From the NCBI GenBank assembly GCA_951406725.2, contig OX597822.1:90272001-90336000 (forward strand): a stretch of 64,000 nt of DNA, read 5' to 3'. Shown piece by piece: positions 1-12,519 of the stretch. This DNA is from Octopus vulgaris (Eukaryota). Within the stretch, counting starts at the first letter, position 1. Each line of letters begins with the position of its first letter. The translations under genes were made by a program, and so were the position numbers. The notes under the pieces were generated by a model. That model saw only the letters and a list, made by a program, of their open reading frames with translations. It was not told the DNA's origin and made no database searches.

Positions 1-900
1 AGAGGAACTTGACCAACAATGTTCAGTTTTCTTCTCTTTTGTATTTAAAAGAGGGAATATGATTATGTAATCTGGCCTTGAATTTTATAGTAGAAGCAAC
101 TATGTGGTAATAAATAGACATTCTCAGATACTTTGACAGCACACTAATATTCTTCTTTAGACATTGGTTATCAAGGGAGCATTTGTTATAGTTCCTAAAG
201 TTACACATTTTATTAAGCATGTAGATATAAGAGGTCTTATTTGTTCTATTACTGTTATTGCTACTACTCAGAAGTGATACAGAAATATTATCAATCCCAT
301 TATCTGCACCTTATAGATGTGTTCTATTAAATGTACATCCAGATTGATCTGTATGCTCAGAATGAAGACATGTGCATTCATTCTGAAAGTGTTCAATTTT
401 TTAATATTAATAGTTACTACAATATCTTCTAAATTAGATGTAGTGGAGTAAGAAAACTTTATAGTATGCCTATTGAATATTTTACTATATCTGCTGGGAG
501 GAGAAAAACATTGTGTTATATCTCAAAAAACATTCCTGGGATATCTGTGCCTGTATGAATTCTGAACATAGCATTATACCATGTATTATATTTCTAATAT
601 CCTCTCTGTTTCTCCTAAATTTGACCATAATTAATATAAGTATAGTTATTAGCATGTATATTAGCTCACATGGTTGCATAAGTACTGCAATAATTCCCTG
701 GTTCAAATTTCTTATGCTTAGTTCTTTTGCATGTCCCTGATTGGTGTCCAATATGTATATTATCAAGATATTTTCTGAGACATTCACAAGAAGCAATAGA
801 CAATTCATCTTCTTGATTGGAAGGTAATCTTCATCACTTGCTATGTAGATTGTTTTCACCACATTACTTGTTACCAATAACCTGGTTATAAGCAATCCTA
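1..900 (-). mobile_element. Degraded Penelope-like retroelement fragment (linker / GIY-YIG region)
   Basis: Minus-strand peptide CNFRNYNKCSLDNQCLKKNI...IVASTIKFKARLHNHIPSFKY resembles the CNCRxxxxCPLxxxCL..F K.R..NH..SF motif of PLE GIY-YIG domains. Stops and frameshifts throughout. Confidence 0.6.
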
Positions 901-1764
901 TTCCTGCATCCATTATTATAACCATTCATACTACTATGATTATTAATGCCTTTATGTACCAGCAAATGTATTCTACTGACCCTAAATGTTTTCACATTGT
1001 TTACCTCGGGAATATATTACATCCCCTTAGTATATAATGTCCTAGCTAAATTGGCATTATAATATTCTACATTCTGTAAGAAAATGTCCTCATTAGCTGA
1101 AAGCTTTATACACACACACACAGGGTAGCCTTGTTCCATCATTAGTACCCATGGATGAAGGTCTTAGTTGTCCACCCTACTGGAACAACATTGTCTGAGG
1201 CTGAAACATATGATGCATGAATGGCAGTTTCTGTCACACAAGCCAGCAGTATGGGATGTTTGACAGAATCCAAGCCTGGGCAGTATGGAATGGACATGTT
1301 GCCCATGCAGCATATCCACCCTCACCACATCATTAAATGGATTCAAAGGAACAACACAGTATTTACAATTGGGTACCAGAACAAGGTTGTAGACAATGTC
1401 AAACTGTTTCAGTGGCTCTGACTTTCCATTTTTCCTCAGGTTTTACTCTTGAACCCTTTCCCATAGCTGCATATGGCCACAAAGCAGAGGAGGTCTGAAG
1501 TCTGAGATCTCCTTCTCTAGATGGACTCCTACCCACTCACCAAGCTAACAAACTTCATCTGCCCAACTGACTTGCTATAGTTGGGACCCTGACAAGTGCT
1601 ACTGCAATGGGTCAGAGTAGTAGCAAAGAAGTGGTTCCACACTCCTTAAAACTCTGGAACTCCTGAACCAGGGCACCACTTCTGGGTGCAATCTGAAGTC
1701 TTACTCAGGATGTGTGTGTGTGTGTGTGCATCTCAATAAGGTTAGAGTTAATAAGTATATCAAC

Positions 1765-2330
1765 AAATTTAGTGTGCATGTAGGAGTTTACCAGGGCTTG
1801 CTTCTCAGTCCTTTCCAGTTTATCAGAATCCTCCAAGTCATAACAGAAGTTTATGACAGTTTGCCTGTGGGAACTCCTCAATGCTGATGACCTTGTTCTT
1901 ATAGCTGTTGTACAATTAGAAAAGAAATTCCAGGTGTGGAATAAAGGGCCTTAAAGTTAACTTAATAATGGCCAAAGTCCTAGTGAACAGTAAAACAGAC
2001 AAGCCACTAATCTCTTCAGAAAAATGGTCCTCACTGACATGTAGGAAAGCTGTTGGTAGAAATTCCATACAGTGTATCCAGGGAAAACTATAGATGCATA
2101 AGAGGCACAGTAGAATCAGAGGAAGGTTAACAGAGAAAGACTTTTTGGCAAATGCTCAGAAGCAATGTTCAATATGAACACATAGGATATAGATTCCTTA
2201 AATGCCCAGGAGGATTCTTAGAGGTTACAGACAGTTTCTGTTACCGAGATCACTTATTAGAGGATTTTATAAAAGCATAAACACTAGAATAAGAACCAGC
2301 TGTAAAAATTTCTGAGAGCTATTAAATGTA
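1765..2330 (+). mobile_element. Old RTE-clade LINE fragment (RT region)
   Basis: Reads GVYQGLLLSP...CLWELLNADDLVLIA and aligns by eye to the better-preserved RTE copy at 28330-28920. Confidence 0.8.
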
Positions 2331-3199
2331 GTTTGTTCAGTGGTTTGTAACAGATTTTAATTGACCAATGTTATTTAAAATTTTCTATGCAAACATGAAA
2401 GTTGTAGACTATAACTGTTACAGAAATAGGGGGGATTAGGAGGCCAGAAAATGGGGCTGGTGAAGTAATAAAAATTCCTCCACAACCACTCCTGACTATT
2501 TTCTGAGATATCTGGAGGTATGCCAAGGAGCTGAATCCTGCTGCTACACATATGGCCTTCCAACAGCAACCTTCTCCAACAAGGATTTGAACACAGTCTG
2601 TAGTAGCTTCATATAGCCATCTGAACTGACCTAGGGCCTTGTTCAAAGAAGTGGAAATGAACTCCGGCACGCAGACACAGTCAGAACACCTGCTGTGTCC
2701 CTTTCTGCTGGTCATGACTTCATAGTCTCCATTACATGGTTTCAATTTCCATGTGTATTGCATTCTTGAATGAAACACTTCATTTCATGTTGCTTCAGTC
2801 TATTCAACTGTGAATGGGTAACCTTGGAGTACAAGAGAGAGATGGTGACTTAGGAAAATCATCCAAATGAAGGCGTCTTGAGTCATGTTTTGTATTCAGC
2901 AAATGAAAGGATGAATAGTGCAACTTGTACTGTGAATCCCAACTGGTCGGGATTGGTTGTTCAACCATGTTGAAGGCTGATCGATTGATTGCCACTGTCC
3001 ATGATGCCATGTTGTCAGCATTTTGATACATGGCATGAATCATCATGATATAGGTAAGTCTTTTTCAATATTCAGATGGCTTCCATGTCAGTAAACTTTT
3101 TCTCAACAACAACTTTAATCTTTATGCTCCCCAATACTGTTGACTGCTCACCACTACATCAAGCTGCTCTTGAAAAAAGAGATGTAAAAAGATCATCAA

Positions 3200-3450
3200 A
3201 TTTACCCCAAATGCCCCGTATATATCTGCACTGGCATGGACATGTGATGCAAATGGATGAAGACAGCTGTAGAATTTACTGATCACAAGATATGACCAGA
3301 ACTTGTGGAAGAGCAAGGCCAAGAAGACATGGGATGAAAATATTAAGGATGATCTCAGGGACCTGTTCCTATCAGAGGAGATGACAAAGGACTGGGATCT
3401 CTGGTAAAATGAGGTTCTCAAAAAGACCTGCCCTTGTCAGCAAAACAGTT
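3200..3450 (+). mobile_element. RTE LINE 3' ORF fragment
   Basis: LHWHGHVMQMDEDSC...TCGRARPRRHG matches the WYGHVVRM...TCGRGRPKKTW RTE C-terminus seen at 29140-29240. Confidence 0.7.
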
Positions 3451-4564
3451 CTGGAAGTGTAATGTATTGTGGTCTCCACCCACATTATAGGGATTCATCC
3501 CCATCACCCAAGCTCCAGTGGAATATCCAACCATGTCATACCGCTCTCTTGAACTCCCCACCATTAACTATATCATCTTTACTACTCCTGCTGCTCATCC
3601 ATCCCCACCCTCTTCGGCATCCCTCTATCTTCTCCAGCTTGTGGCTCCTTGCTCATCCACTCTTCAGTCTTACCCATTTTGGCAGTCTGCATCCCCATCC
3701 TTACATCCCCCTTTCCATACAACCTTGCAAACCAATTCTTCAACTAATCTTGTGTGTTGTGAGATCAACTAGGCACCTCATCACCAATATCTATCTTTTG
3801 CAACTCCAACTGTTTATTTTCTCTTCTCACCTCTTCCCCTACAAGATGTGTGTAGCAATGCAAATCGTCTATAAGAACCTGTACTACACCCTGCCTTCCC
3901 ATAGTTCAGTTACCTTATCCCCTAGTACAAAGCTGACCCCTGCCTCCAGGGTTTGTAGTTCTGCAAGGTGCATGGCAACCTCAATAGTACAGGTGGCACA
4001 AAAAGAGCACCCAGCTCTTGCTATGAAGTTGTACCATGCAGTGGGACTGAGCCAAGAACCATGTGGTTGGGAAACAAACTTCATACCATGTAAGTACATA
4101 CATGTGTGTGTGTGTGTGTGTGTGTAAATATATATATATATGTAGTGAATCTTGCAGGCATGAAGTGGATTCGATCCACCATAGCCAAATTTAAATTAAC
4201 ACTTCAACAGAATTTTTCTTATGGTGGAACAATGGGTTTTTCTGTGACACCAGTTTTACAATTGTCAGATTGCCTTAGCTAAGCCGAAATAATGTCTTCA
4301 CCACTTGACCCTTATCACCTCTTCTACTTCACCAAAAGCTAGAATTAAGATAACAAGGCCACCAACTAAATCCATTGTTCTCAATGATATGTCTATCCTT
4401 CTGGATAGTTATGAAAACACAAAGCCATAAGCAAAAGACAGTCAGTCACTTGGTGACGACTCAACCAGTGGTCACTTGGTGACAACTCAATGAGTTAGAC
4501 ACTTTGGTGACAACTCAGGGAGAACGGAGTCTGGCTGACAGGCTAGAACAACTATGGTATCTCA

Positions 4565-4792
4565 TAAGGCGGCAAGCTGTCAGAATCGTTAGCACAGTGG
4601 GCTAAATGCTTAACAGTATTTCGTCTGCCGTTACGTTGTGAGTTCAAATTCCACCGAGGTCGACTTTCATCCTTTCGGGGTCGATAAATTAAGTACCAGT
4701 TACGCACTGGGGTCGATGTAATCAACTTAATACCTATGTCTGTCCTTGTTTGTCCCCTCTATGTTTAGCCCCTTGTGGGTAATAAAGGAATA
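4565..4792 (+). mobile_element. tRNA-derived SINE (octopus OK/OR2-like family) with target-site duplication
   Basis: Head ggcggcaagctgtcagaatcgttagc, B-box GAGTTCAAATTC and core tttcatcctttcggggtcgataaa. GGTATCTCA is duplicated at 4556-4564 and 4793-4801. Confidence 0.85.
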
Positions 4793-5149
4793 GGTATCTC
4801 ACCAATGCAGCAGTTGTTTCATCCCACACTCTCTCACTCTCACTAGCTCTAATTCTGTTCTCTTACAACATCACTCTATCTTTTTCTGTGGATTACTGCT
4901 AAGATAATGTGTACACAAACTATACAAAAAAATCTACGACATCTAGGTTTACTTCACATGCTCTACGATTTTATCACCTGCCCGTTGAGGTAAGGTATTG
5001 TATAATGTAATGGGTAAAAATAAACATTTCCTTAAAACTTCATGCATTGGTCATCTTTCACATCTTACAACTGCTGACTCCAACATTTCATATTATTGTG
5101 TACTTAATCAATCTTAACCATTACATACATACATGTGTGTGTGTATACA

Positions 5150-6680
5150 TATACAAAGAAATAAACACACATACATTAGGCAATCAGGTTCAAGAAAAAG
5201 TTGTATCTCTCAGTGACTGGTATAGCAATATAATCATTAATTGCTGTAAAAGTACAGAAGATGCTTTAAAAAAGAACAATCGTTGTGGCATGAAATCAAT
5301 ACATCAAGCCATCAAAATGGTAAAAAGAGAGAGCTATGATATAGCATAACAGAATGAGAGAGAGTTCTGAGTGTGTATCAAGAAAGAATAACCAGTAATA
5401 CCCACTTTTAAGTGTGACAATTAAATAAAATACTCTTAGCCAAGAATAAATCACTATATATTTGCTGAACTAGAGAAGGTCTCTGACAGAGTATCAAATT
5501 ATATAGTTTATATATTACTAAGTAACTAGATGTAGATGAATGGCTTGTGAGAGCTATTTAAGATAATCATCATCATCGTTTAACGTCCGTTGATGATGAT
5601 TATCTTAAATAGCTCTCACAAGCCATAAGTAAAATAATATATACCAACAATCTGGTTCTTAATGCCAAATCGTCAATTTCCACATATCATTATACGTTCA
5701 CACGTGTGCTGAGGCTAGCTAAAGGATTTTATATTTAGATATAACTGGGGTACTTATGTGTACACATGACTTTTGCTTCTGCTTTTTTCCATAGGTGCGT
5801 GTAAGTATTTCATTTATAATAATAAGAGGTAATGTCCAAAACATGGAAGCAGGGACCAGACTTGAGGGGCCTAAAAATCAAAAGTTTTAGGACAGAACAC
5901 AATTGTCTACTGCCAGCTGAGAAGTGGTCATGCTCAATGTGCAGAAAATAAGTAGGTAAGAACTTGATATTATGTACTGAATGTACAAATGTGCAATGGG
6001 ATATCAAGCAGGATGACAGATATAACAGTTGCAAAGAGTAATTAGCAGTAAGAGCACCCACAAAACCAATCTTTCAACTAATCAGAAGACTCACTAGAAG
6101 TATTTAACAGCTTCATTTCTTAGGTGACTAAATCAGTAGAGGAGATATGTGTTGTAACAGTAGTTAAGGAGGAATGGAAAAAGTTCAAAGAACTATTGCC
6201 TCTTTTGGCAACAAAGGACTTGCCTGATTGAAGGAGAGGTTATTCGATGCTTATGTGCAAAGGATTTGCCTATCTCTATGATTGAAGGAGAGGTTGTTCG
6301 ATGCTTATGTGCAATGAGCAACACTGAGTGGTAATAAGATATGAGCATGGAATGTAGAGGATGGATGATGATTGGAAAGGAATCGAGTTTTCCACTGGAT
6401 GTGTGATGTTAGCACATGTGAACAAGAGAGCAGAGTTGACACGAGAAATGGGTATGAAAAGAACCAACAGTAATGAGCAAAAGAGAAGAATATGAAGTGT
6501 TTGAAAGATGACTTTTTGAGTGAAGAAAAATCAAGTGATCGAAATGGAATGCACCTGAAGAAAAAGGCTAAAGAAGACATGACTCTTCTATGCTGAATTT
6601 TATGAAGGAGATAAGAAGTGAGCACACGTGACGAGACACTGTGCTGGAACAGAGCTGATCAAGAGATACCAGCACAGAAA
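5150..6680 (+). mobile_element. Highly degraded RTE LINE remnants (interrupted)
   Basis: Remnants FAELEKVSDRV, DVDEWLVRA and WKKFKELLPLLATKGL match the RTE at 27950-30006. Confidence 0.65.
5540..5626. repeat. Perfect inverted repeat: 36-bp arms, 15-nt loop
   Basis: 5540-5575 (atggcttgtgagagctatttaagataatcatcatca) is the exact reverse complement of 5591-5626. Confidence 0.95.
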
Positions 6681-6953
6681 AATGAATATAAAATTATGAT
6701 AATGATAAATGGTATATTAGTCATGTATCATAAATAATATTAAAAATAAGGTCAGTAAACATTTCAAATGAATTAATATTTTTGACATTATGAACTATAA
6801 CTTAAATAAAATTGGTGTTAAGAAACATAGGTACCACGAGAAAATCATAGTTATGTATTTCATACAGCAACTTGTAAGAAAGTACAGAAAATAATAACCA
6901 TCAAAACAAAACTGAAAGTTGGAAGATCTTTAGAATAATTTAGAATAATTTAC

Positions 6954-7042
6954 CTCATCATCATCATCCAAACGAACTCTTTTCAAAGCTACTATTTCAT
7001 GGGAGTCTCGATTTTTAGCCTTGTAAACTGTTCCGTATGTAC
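6954..7042 (-). CDS. CDK5: Cyclin-dependent kinase 5, coding exon 2 (89 nt)
   Basis: Encodes (G)TYGTVYKAKNRDSHEIVALKRVRLDDDDE. Flanked by a ttttAG acceptor (7044-7043) and a GTaaat donor (6953). Its phase-1 start joins exon 1 to give IGEGTYGTV. Confidence 0.96.
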
Positions 7043-7189
7043 CTAAAATGCAATGAGAAAATGATATCAGGTCATTAAGAATGAAATGTACGATTTCGAA
7101 CTGAAAGTTAATTTTACTTTGTCTCAACAAAAAGCAATGCAGTTAATCATGGTGTGCACCTAAATTATGAACACAATTTTGCCATTTTA

Positions 7190-7430
7190 TTGGTTGTTTA
7201 TTTATGCTGGCAGTGAAGACTTCTGGAGAGCAAGAGGTGATTGAAATCATGAAAGGCTGTTTTTGCATTTTCTTCAGATTTGAAGTTTTTTCCTTGCAAA
7301 AAGTTGTCTAATGCCTGGAAAATTTGATAGTCAGTTGGTGCAAGGTTTGGAGAATATGGTGAATGACAGAGTACTTCCAAGTTTAGCTCCTGTAACTTGA
7401 GTAGCATTCTTTGTGCAACATGTGGTTGAG
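7190..7430 (-). mobile_element. Mariner transposase C-terminal fragment
   Basis: AQPHVAQRMLLKLQELNLEVLCHSPYSPNLAPTDYQIF matches the mariner HPPYSPDLAPSDY motif. Confidence 0.85.
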
Positions 7431-7600
7431 CACACTGGGCAAAATGCTTAGCGGCATTTTGTCCGTCTTTACATTCTGTGTTCAAATTCCACCGAGATCA
7501 ACTTTGCCTTTCATCCTTTCAGGATCGATAAAATAAGTACCAGTTGACCACTGAGGTCCATGTAATCGAAATGGCTGGCCTTATGCCAAATTTGAAACCA
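7430..7600 (+). mobile_element. OK/OR2-like SINE, partial
   Basis: Same body as 4565-4792 (aatgcttagcggcatttt...ctttgcctttcatcctttcaggatcgataaaataagtaccag). Confidence 0.8.
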
Positions 7601-8364
7601 ATATTATAAACATGTGTACTATTCATTGTTTGCTAAATCCAAGGCCTATTTGAAAGTAAAGTGGGCTGTAACCTCAGTAACGTAACAGCGAACTTGGAAC
7701 ATAGCACTTTGTTATCAATTTTGCAACAATAATATTGTCCAAATAAATGCACATTCACCACTGGATTTTGTGTGTGTGTGCAACAGCAAATTGCTTATAT
7801 TAGTACCTTTAAATGATCAGTTTTGTAAAAGTGAAAATGTTATGCCACACACCAAGCTCGCTGAAATAAATGTGAAGAATTTACAACAAACATCTGAAGA
7901 CATGAATAAGTATCACACAATGTTGGGCACACCTAACCAAAAGGTCAGCTTCGCTAACTGCTAATCCACTAATTAAAAAAGTTAGCTTTGCAAACGCTAA
8001 GCCACTAAACAGGTCAAGAGAATTAGTGGACACTAACGCTAACTGATGACTTCTAACTTTTATCAAATGAATTTAGTTTTGGTTTGGTTGTTTTTTTGTT
8101 TTTTGCTCTAAAACCCTTAAAACAGACCAAGAGAGCTGAAATTTTCATGTTGTAGCTGAAACACAGAGCTTTCCAAAAAGGTGCAGCATGCCAAGATCAG
8201 ATGCTGATCAAGGTGTATGCAAATAATTAAATGAACAAATGAAATTAAACATTAGTTTTTCAGTCAACATATACTTTATTTACTGTACAAAAAGTATTAA
8301 ACAAATCAAAAAGATATAGTATAGCAAAGGTATCATGCAAAGATCAGATGATGATTAAGGTGTA

Positions 8365-9840
8365 CTACTCTGGCTGAGCCTTCTTCATTGCCTTGATGTG
8401 ATGCAGATTGCCCTTCATAAACATCAACCTCTCAAAGTTACCACCTGATAGGGTGGCTCTCTTGGTCCTCAAAATGTCTTTGCCTATAGAGAATAGGTGC
8501 TCAACTGCTGCACTGGATGAGATGGCGATGTTATACTTTGTGAACAAGTCAATCAAGATCTGCTCACCCAATAAGGTGACTTCAGTCAGGACCTCCTTCG
8601 AGACGGCTTCCAGCCAAATCTTCACCAAGTTCTGTGCCTTGGATTTCAGTGACCTGTGGCTCCTGCTCACCCGGAACTGAGTGATGTTGTTGAAGAAATC
8701 CTCTTCCTCATTGCTGGTGGTGTTGCCGCCCTCCTCACTGGTCTCCATTAGGGCTGTTTTTATGATGGTCTCCATGGTATTTGTTACTCTGCTAACCTGG
8801 CTGCTATTATACTGCTCCAGCCTAAACAGGTGAAACTTAGGGTAGAAGGCAGTGGTCAGCTGGTACTCCTTTTTCGTGATGCTTGCCAGTATTGTGTCTA
8901 CCAGAAGACTGCAGTACAAGAGATGTTTGAACTTGGCCTCCTTCAGCTTCATGACAATAGCCGCTACAGCTGGCAGAAGGCTCCAAGATAGCTCTGAGAT
9001 AGGCCCCTAGATTTTATCCAAGGCAACATTAGACATCACCCTGGCATACTCCATCAGGAAGTTGACATCAGAATCAGTAAAGGTCTGCAGCTTCAGCTGT
9101 GTTATCACCCTGTAAACAGCTCTCCTATATTTCTCCAGCAGGATGCTGAGGACAATAACAGAGCCATAGGTAGAGTTCCATTTGGTACTATTGGGGACCA
9201 CCAGCCTCCTCTTCAACACATTCAGAATGCTGTCTGCTGCCACTGTGCTGTAGCTCAGCAGATTCCACAGCTGCTGTGCCTTGGACACGGCCTTCCTGTG
9301 GGTTGACTTGAACAAAGCGATGTCAAGAGCCTTGTTGGCATCCACGCTGGCTACCAAGATGAAGGTACGGGCTGCGCACTTCATGTGCACTGGCAGGTTT
9401 AGGCCTAGGCTGCTGGACTCATCAAGGATGGCATAAACAGAGATGTACTCAACTTCGACCACAACCTCAGCCCCCTGATCCAGGTCTAGGTCCACATCTT
9501 CGATGCCCTCCACATCTGGATCAGCAGCAGCCTTGGGAATGTCTGGCAAGAGTTCAAGTTCTGTACCAAACTGCATAAATGCTTTAACAAACTTTTTGCC
9601 ATTGTCCATTGTGGTCTTGGTCACCTTGTCTTGCAGATGGAACTTATAATGGGTGTCCACCATGGCATGGGCAAGAACATCAAAGGTGTGTTGTCCTCTG
9701 AGCCAAGAACAGGTCAGGATGGTGTGTTGTCTTATGCGGGTTTTCGGGTCCAGCCAGTGTGCTGTCATCCCCAGGTAGGACCTGTTGTGGGCCAAGCAAC
9801 AGTCCACGGTGGTTGCCACCCAGGAGACATCCTTGAGCAA
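8365..9840 (-). pseudogene. hAT transposase catalytic and dimerisation region (frameshifted)
   Basis: ORFs 9007-9840 and 8365-8952 carry TTVDCC (D1), TTMDNGKKFVKAF (D2), STKWNST and SSAAVEHLFS (E, hATC domain). Frameshift near 8960-9010. Confidence 0.92.
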
Positions 9841-10594
9841 TATGTAATTAAAAAATAAGTAAACTCAAAATTATATATATATATATAATAATCAAGATGA
9901 GTAGCAGCAATTTAAAATGAACAAAGAAAAAATTCACTGTCACTAAGAGTAACAAGGGTGCAGTGAGCACCAGCATTGCTAGAAATAGGAGTTAGAGACT
10001 CCTTAACTGGTCTTTTTGTATTGACAGGGGAGAAAACTCTCCCCACTGTGAGCGAAATACATTAGATTAGAATGCTCACTCCATCACAGCTGGTAGAAGC
10101 CAACTCACCCTGTCAATATTATGGAGAATGCCATTGGAATCAGTGAGTGATTTCACAAAATGGTAATGTGAAAATTATAAAATAATCAAGGTATCAACAT
10201 GAGTGATGATACCTCTTACCAAGTGCACATTACCAGGATGGTGATAAAGTGCAGATGACTAGCTAGATGAATTCTGAGAATGTTCAGAACCAGAGATTTT
10301 GGAAACCATGATGGTCCTCTGGAGGACCTTCGTTCTCAACTGCTTGGGTTGCTGCTCCTAGCTATGGTCACCCAACAGTGTAAAACTAACAGCGGACCTC
10401 AAAGCAATCCAGTGAAGCTTCACAAAGAAGATCATCTCATTGCAACAGCTCAGCTACTAAGGAAGGCTGAAACAGCTAAGACTGTACACACTGGAGCGAA
10501 AGCAGGAAAGGTATACAGTACTATACATCTAGATGATCCTGGAAGGAATTGTGCCAAATTTTGGCACTGAAAGTTACACAAATGTCATTGGTGA

Positions 10595-11640
10595 GTGTTG
10601 TACCAGTGGAAAGGAATGTTTTCGGACCTTAGTGAGTATGAACTATCCTCAGCAGAGGAGGAGCTTGTTAAGGCAGTAAACAGAATGGACGAGCATTTGG
10701 AAAAAGTAAAGAGTTTGGCTGAGGCTGCAGAGATAAAGGAAAGGGAGGTGGACTTAACTGGACTAAGGAGCTGTGTAAGATGACACAGAAGATGGGCAGT
10801 GATGTAAAGTTACTACCCCCAAAAAGGGTTATGGTAAATATGGAAAAGAAGTCCATTACCTACAAGGTGCACTCAGTGTAGAGTAGGAAGGTGGAGCGGA
10901 TGGAAATGGAAAAAGTAAAAAAAGCTCTGAAGGGGTTGGCAGAGGAAGTAAGATATATAGCAATGGTTGACCAGTTTAGGACAGAAGAGGAGGCAGAGAG
11001 GCTGGCGAGTACAACTGTAAAAACTGAGGAACTAGTACTTCTACCCACCTACCTTGGAAGAAAGACTTCTATGGTGAGGGTAGAAGGAATTCCACCTGAC
11101 ATAGAAGTGGCTTGATTTGCGGCAGCTGTCCTCGTTGAAAGTGAGGAGGAGGTAGCTGTCCTCCAAGCCACAGAGACGGAGGAAGGGGGCTATAAAGGAA
11201 AAATACTGGAAATGATCATACAAGCGGAGGCGAAGGAGCTAGAAACTTTGGCAGAAACAGTGACGTTGGGAGAAATAGTATTAAGAGTATGGGTATAGGG
11301 CAGAATTCTGCGATGCTTTAAATGTGGCCAAAAAGGCCACATTAGAGCACACTGCCCTCTACAGAAGAAAACAATAGAGGAAACAACAGATGAACCAGTT
11401 GTGGAGATGGAGGAGAAAAAAGAGGAAGAAAAGAAAGACGGATGAAAGGAGGAAGACTGGATAGTAATAGAGAGTAGAAGGAAGAGGAAGAAAAGAAAGA
11501 ACACTGAGTGTGATGTGGTACCCCAGTCCAACTCCATCCCACCTAAAACCACTCAGACCCACCCGCCCTATACAGACACCAAACCCACCCACTCCCTTTC
11601 CCCACAAGAAAAAGTGAAAAAGAAAAAGGAGCAGACACCT
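10595..11640 (+). mobile_element. L1/Tx1-type LINE ORF1 remnant with zinc knuckle, nested in the hAT
   Basis: Purine-rich broken ORF with VRVEGIPPDI and the CCHC knuckle RCFKCGQKGHIRAHCP (about 11310-11358), followed by an E/K-rich tail. Confidence 0.75.
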
Positions 11641-11868
11641 ATTTCTTTACTAACCACAAGGGGCTAAACACAGAGAGGACAAACAAGGACAGACAAACGG
11701 ATTAAGTTGATTATATTGACCCCAGTGTCTAACTGGTACTTATTTAATCAACCCCGAAAGGATGAAAGGCAAAGTCGACCTCGGTGGAATTTGAACTCAG
11801 AATGTAGAGACAAACGAAATACTGCTAAGCATTTCGCCCGGCGTGCTAGCGTTTCTGCAAGCTCGCCA
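11640..11868 (-). mobile_element. OK/OR2-like SINE
   Basis: Reverse complement of the 4565-4792 family. Confidence 0.85.
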
Positions 11869-12027
11869 CAGAATTTAGAAGACCCCTTCCCCGGTGAAAA
11901 AGGTTACGAAAGAATGTTATCATTGAGCGATAGCAAGAGTGGAAATAGAAGGACTAGACCAGAGACTAAAGGTGAATTAGGACTCAGAGGTAGCAAGTGG
12001 TGTTACTGAGTGTGGGGTGAGTAGCAC

Positions 12028-12335
12028 ATCATCATCATCATTTAACATCCGCTTTCCATGCTAGCATGGGTTGGACGGTTCAACTGGGGTCTGGGAAGCC
12101 ACAAGGCTGCACCAGGCCCAGTCTGATCTGGCAATGTTTCTACAGCTGGATGCCCTTCCTAATGCCAACCACTCCATGAGTGTAGTGGGTGCTTTTTACA
12201 TGCCACCGGCACAGGTGCCTACAGGGCTGGCAAACGGCCACGGCCGGATGGTGCTTTTTATGTACCACCGGCATGGGGGCCAGGTGAGGCTGGCAACGGC
12301 CACGATCGGATGGTGCTTTTTACGTGCCACCGCTC
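12028..12335 (-). mobile_element. RTE 3'-tail element (short 5'-truncated LINE or LINE-derived SINE)
   Basis: (cat)n-tttaacatccgctttccatgctagcatgggttgg is the reverse complement of the RTE 3' end at 29850-30006. Confidence 0.85.
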
Positions 12336-12519
12336 TTCATATTTTCATTTTCAGATATCATGCATCTTATCATAACCTTAATATATTTTCTCATGTTCAT
12401 TTTCATGTCACTCACAGTACCAAATTTTATTTTTACATATTTTTAATTGTTATTTGTCCCCACATGTTTTGTAGTGTCCCCTCTATGTATTACCTTTATG
12501 GCAAAATCATTGAAATAAA

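Noticed and set aside
2371-3060. ORFs of 64-135 aa as host exons
   Set aside because: No recognisable domain or consistent splice sites; probably an old transposon I cannot classify. The same holds for 20900-22300.
3462-4127. 221-aa ORF
   Set aside because: Pyrimidine-rich low-complexity sequence running into SINE remnants and (TG)n, with no protein-like motif.
6226-6315. Short direct repeat gattgaaggagaggtt..cgatgcttatgtgcaa
   Set aside because: A local duplication within a decayed RTE, with no sign of function.
1-6950. CDK5 exon 3 (GVPSSALREICLLKELKHKNIVR)
   Set aside because: Not found by eye on the minus strand; it probably lies left of the window.
6930-7130. 66-aa ORF as a standalone gene
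   Set aside because: Only 6954-7042 is CDK5 exon; the rest is intron read-through.
8365-9840. Domesticated ZBED-like gene
   Set aside because: Frameshifts, loss of the conserved CxxH His and the D-x-W Trp, and retained TIRs/TSD indicate a dead transposon.
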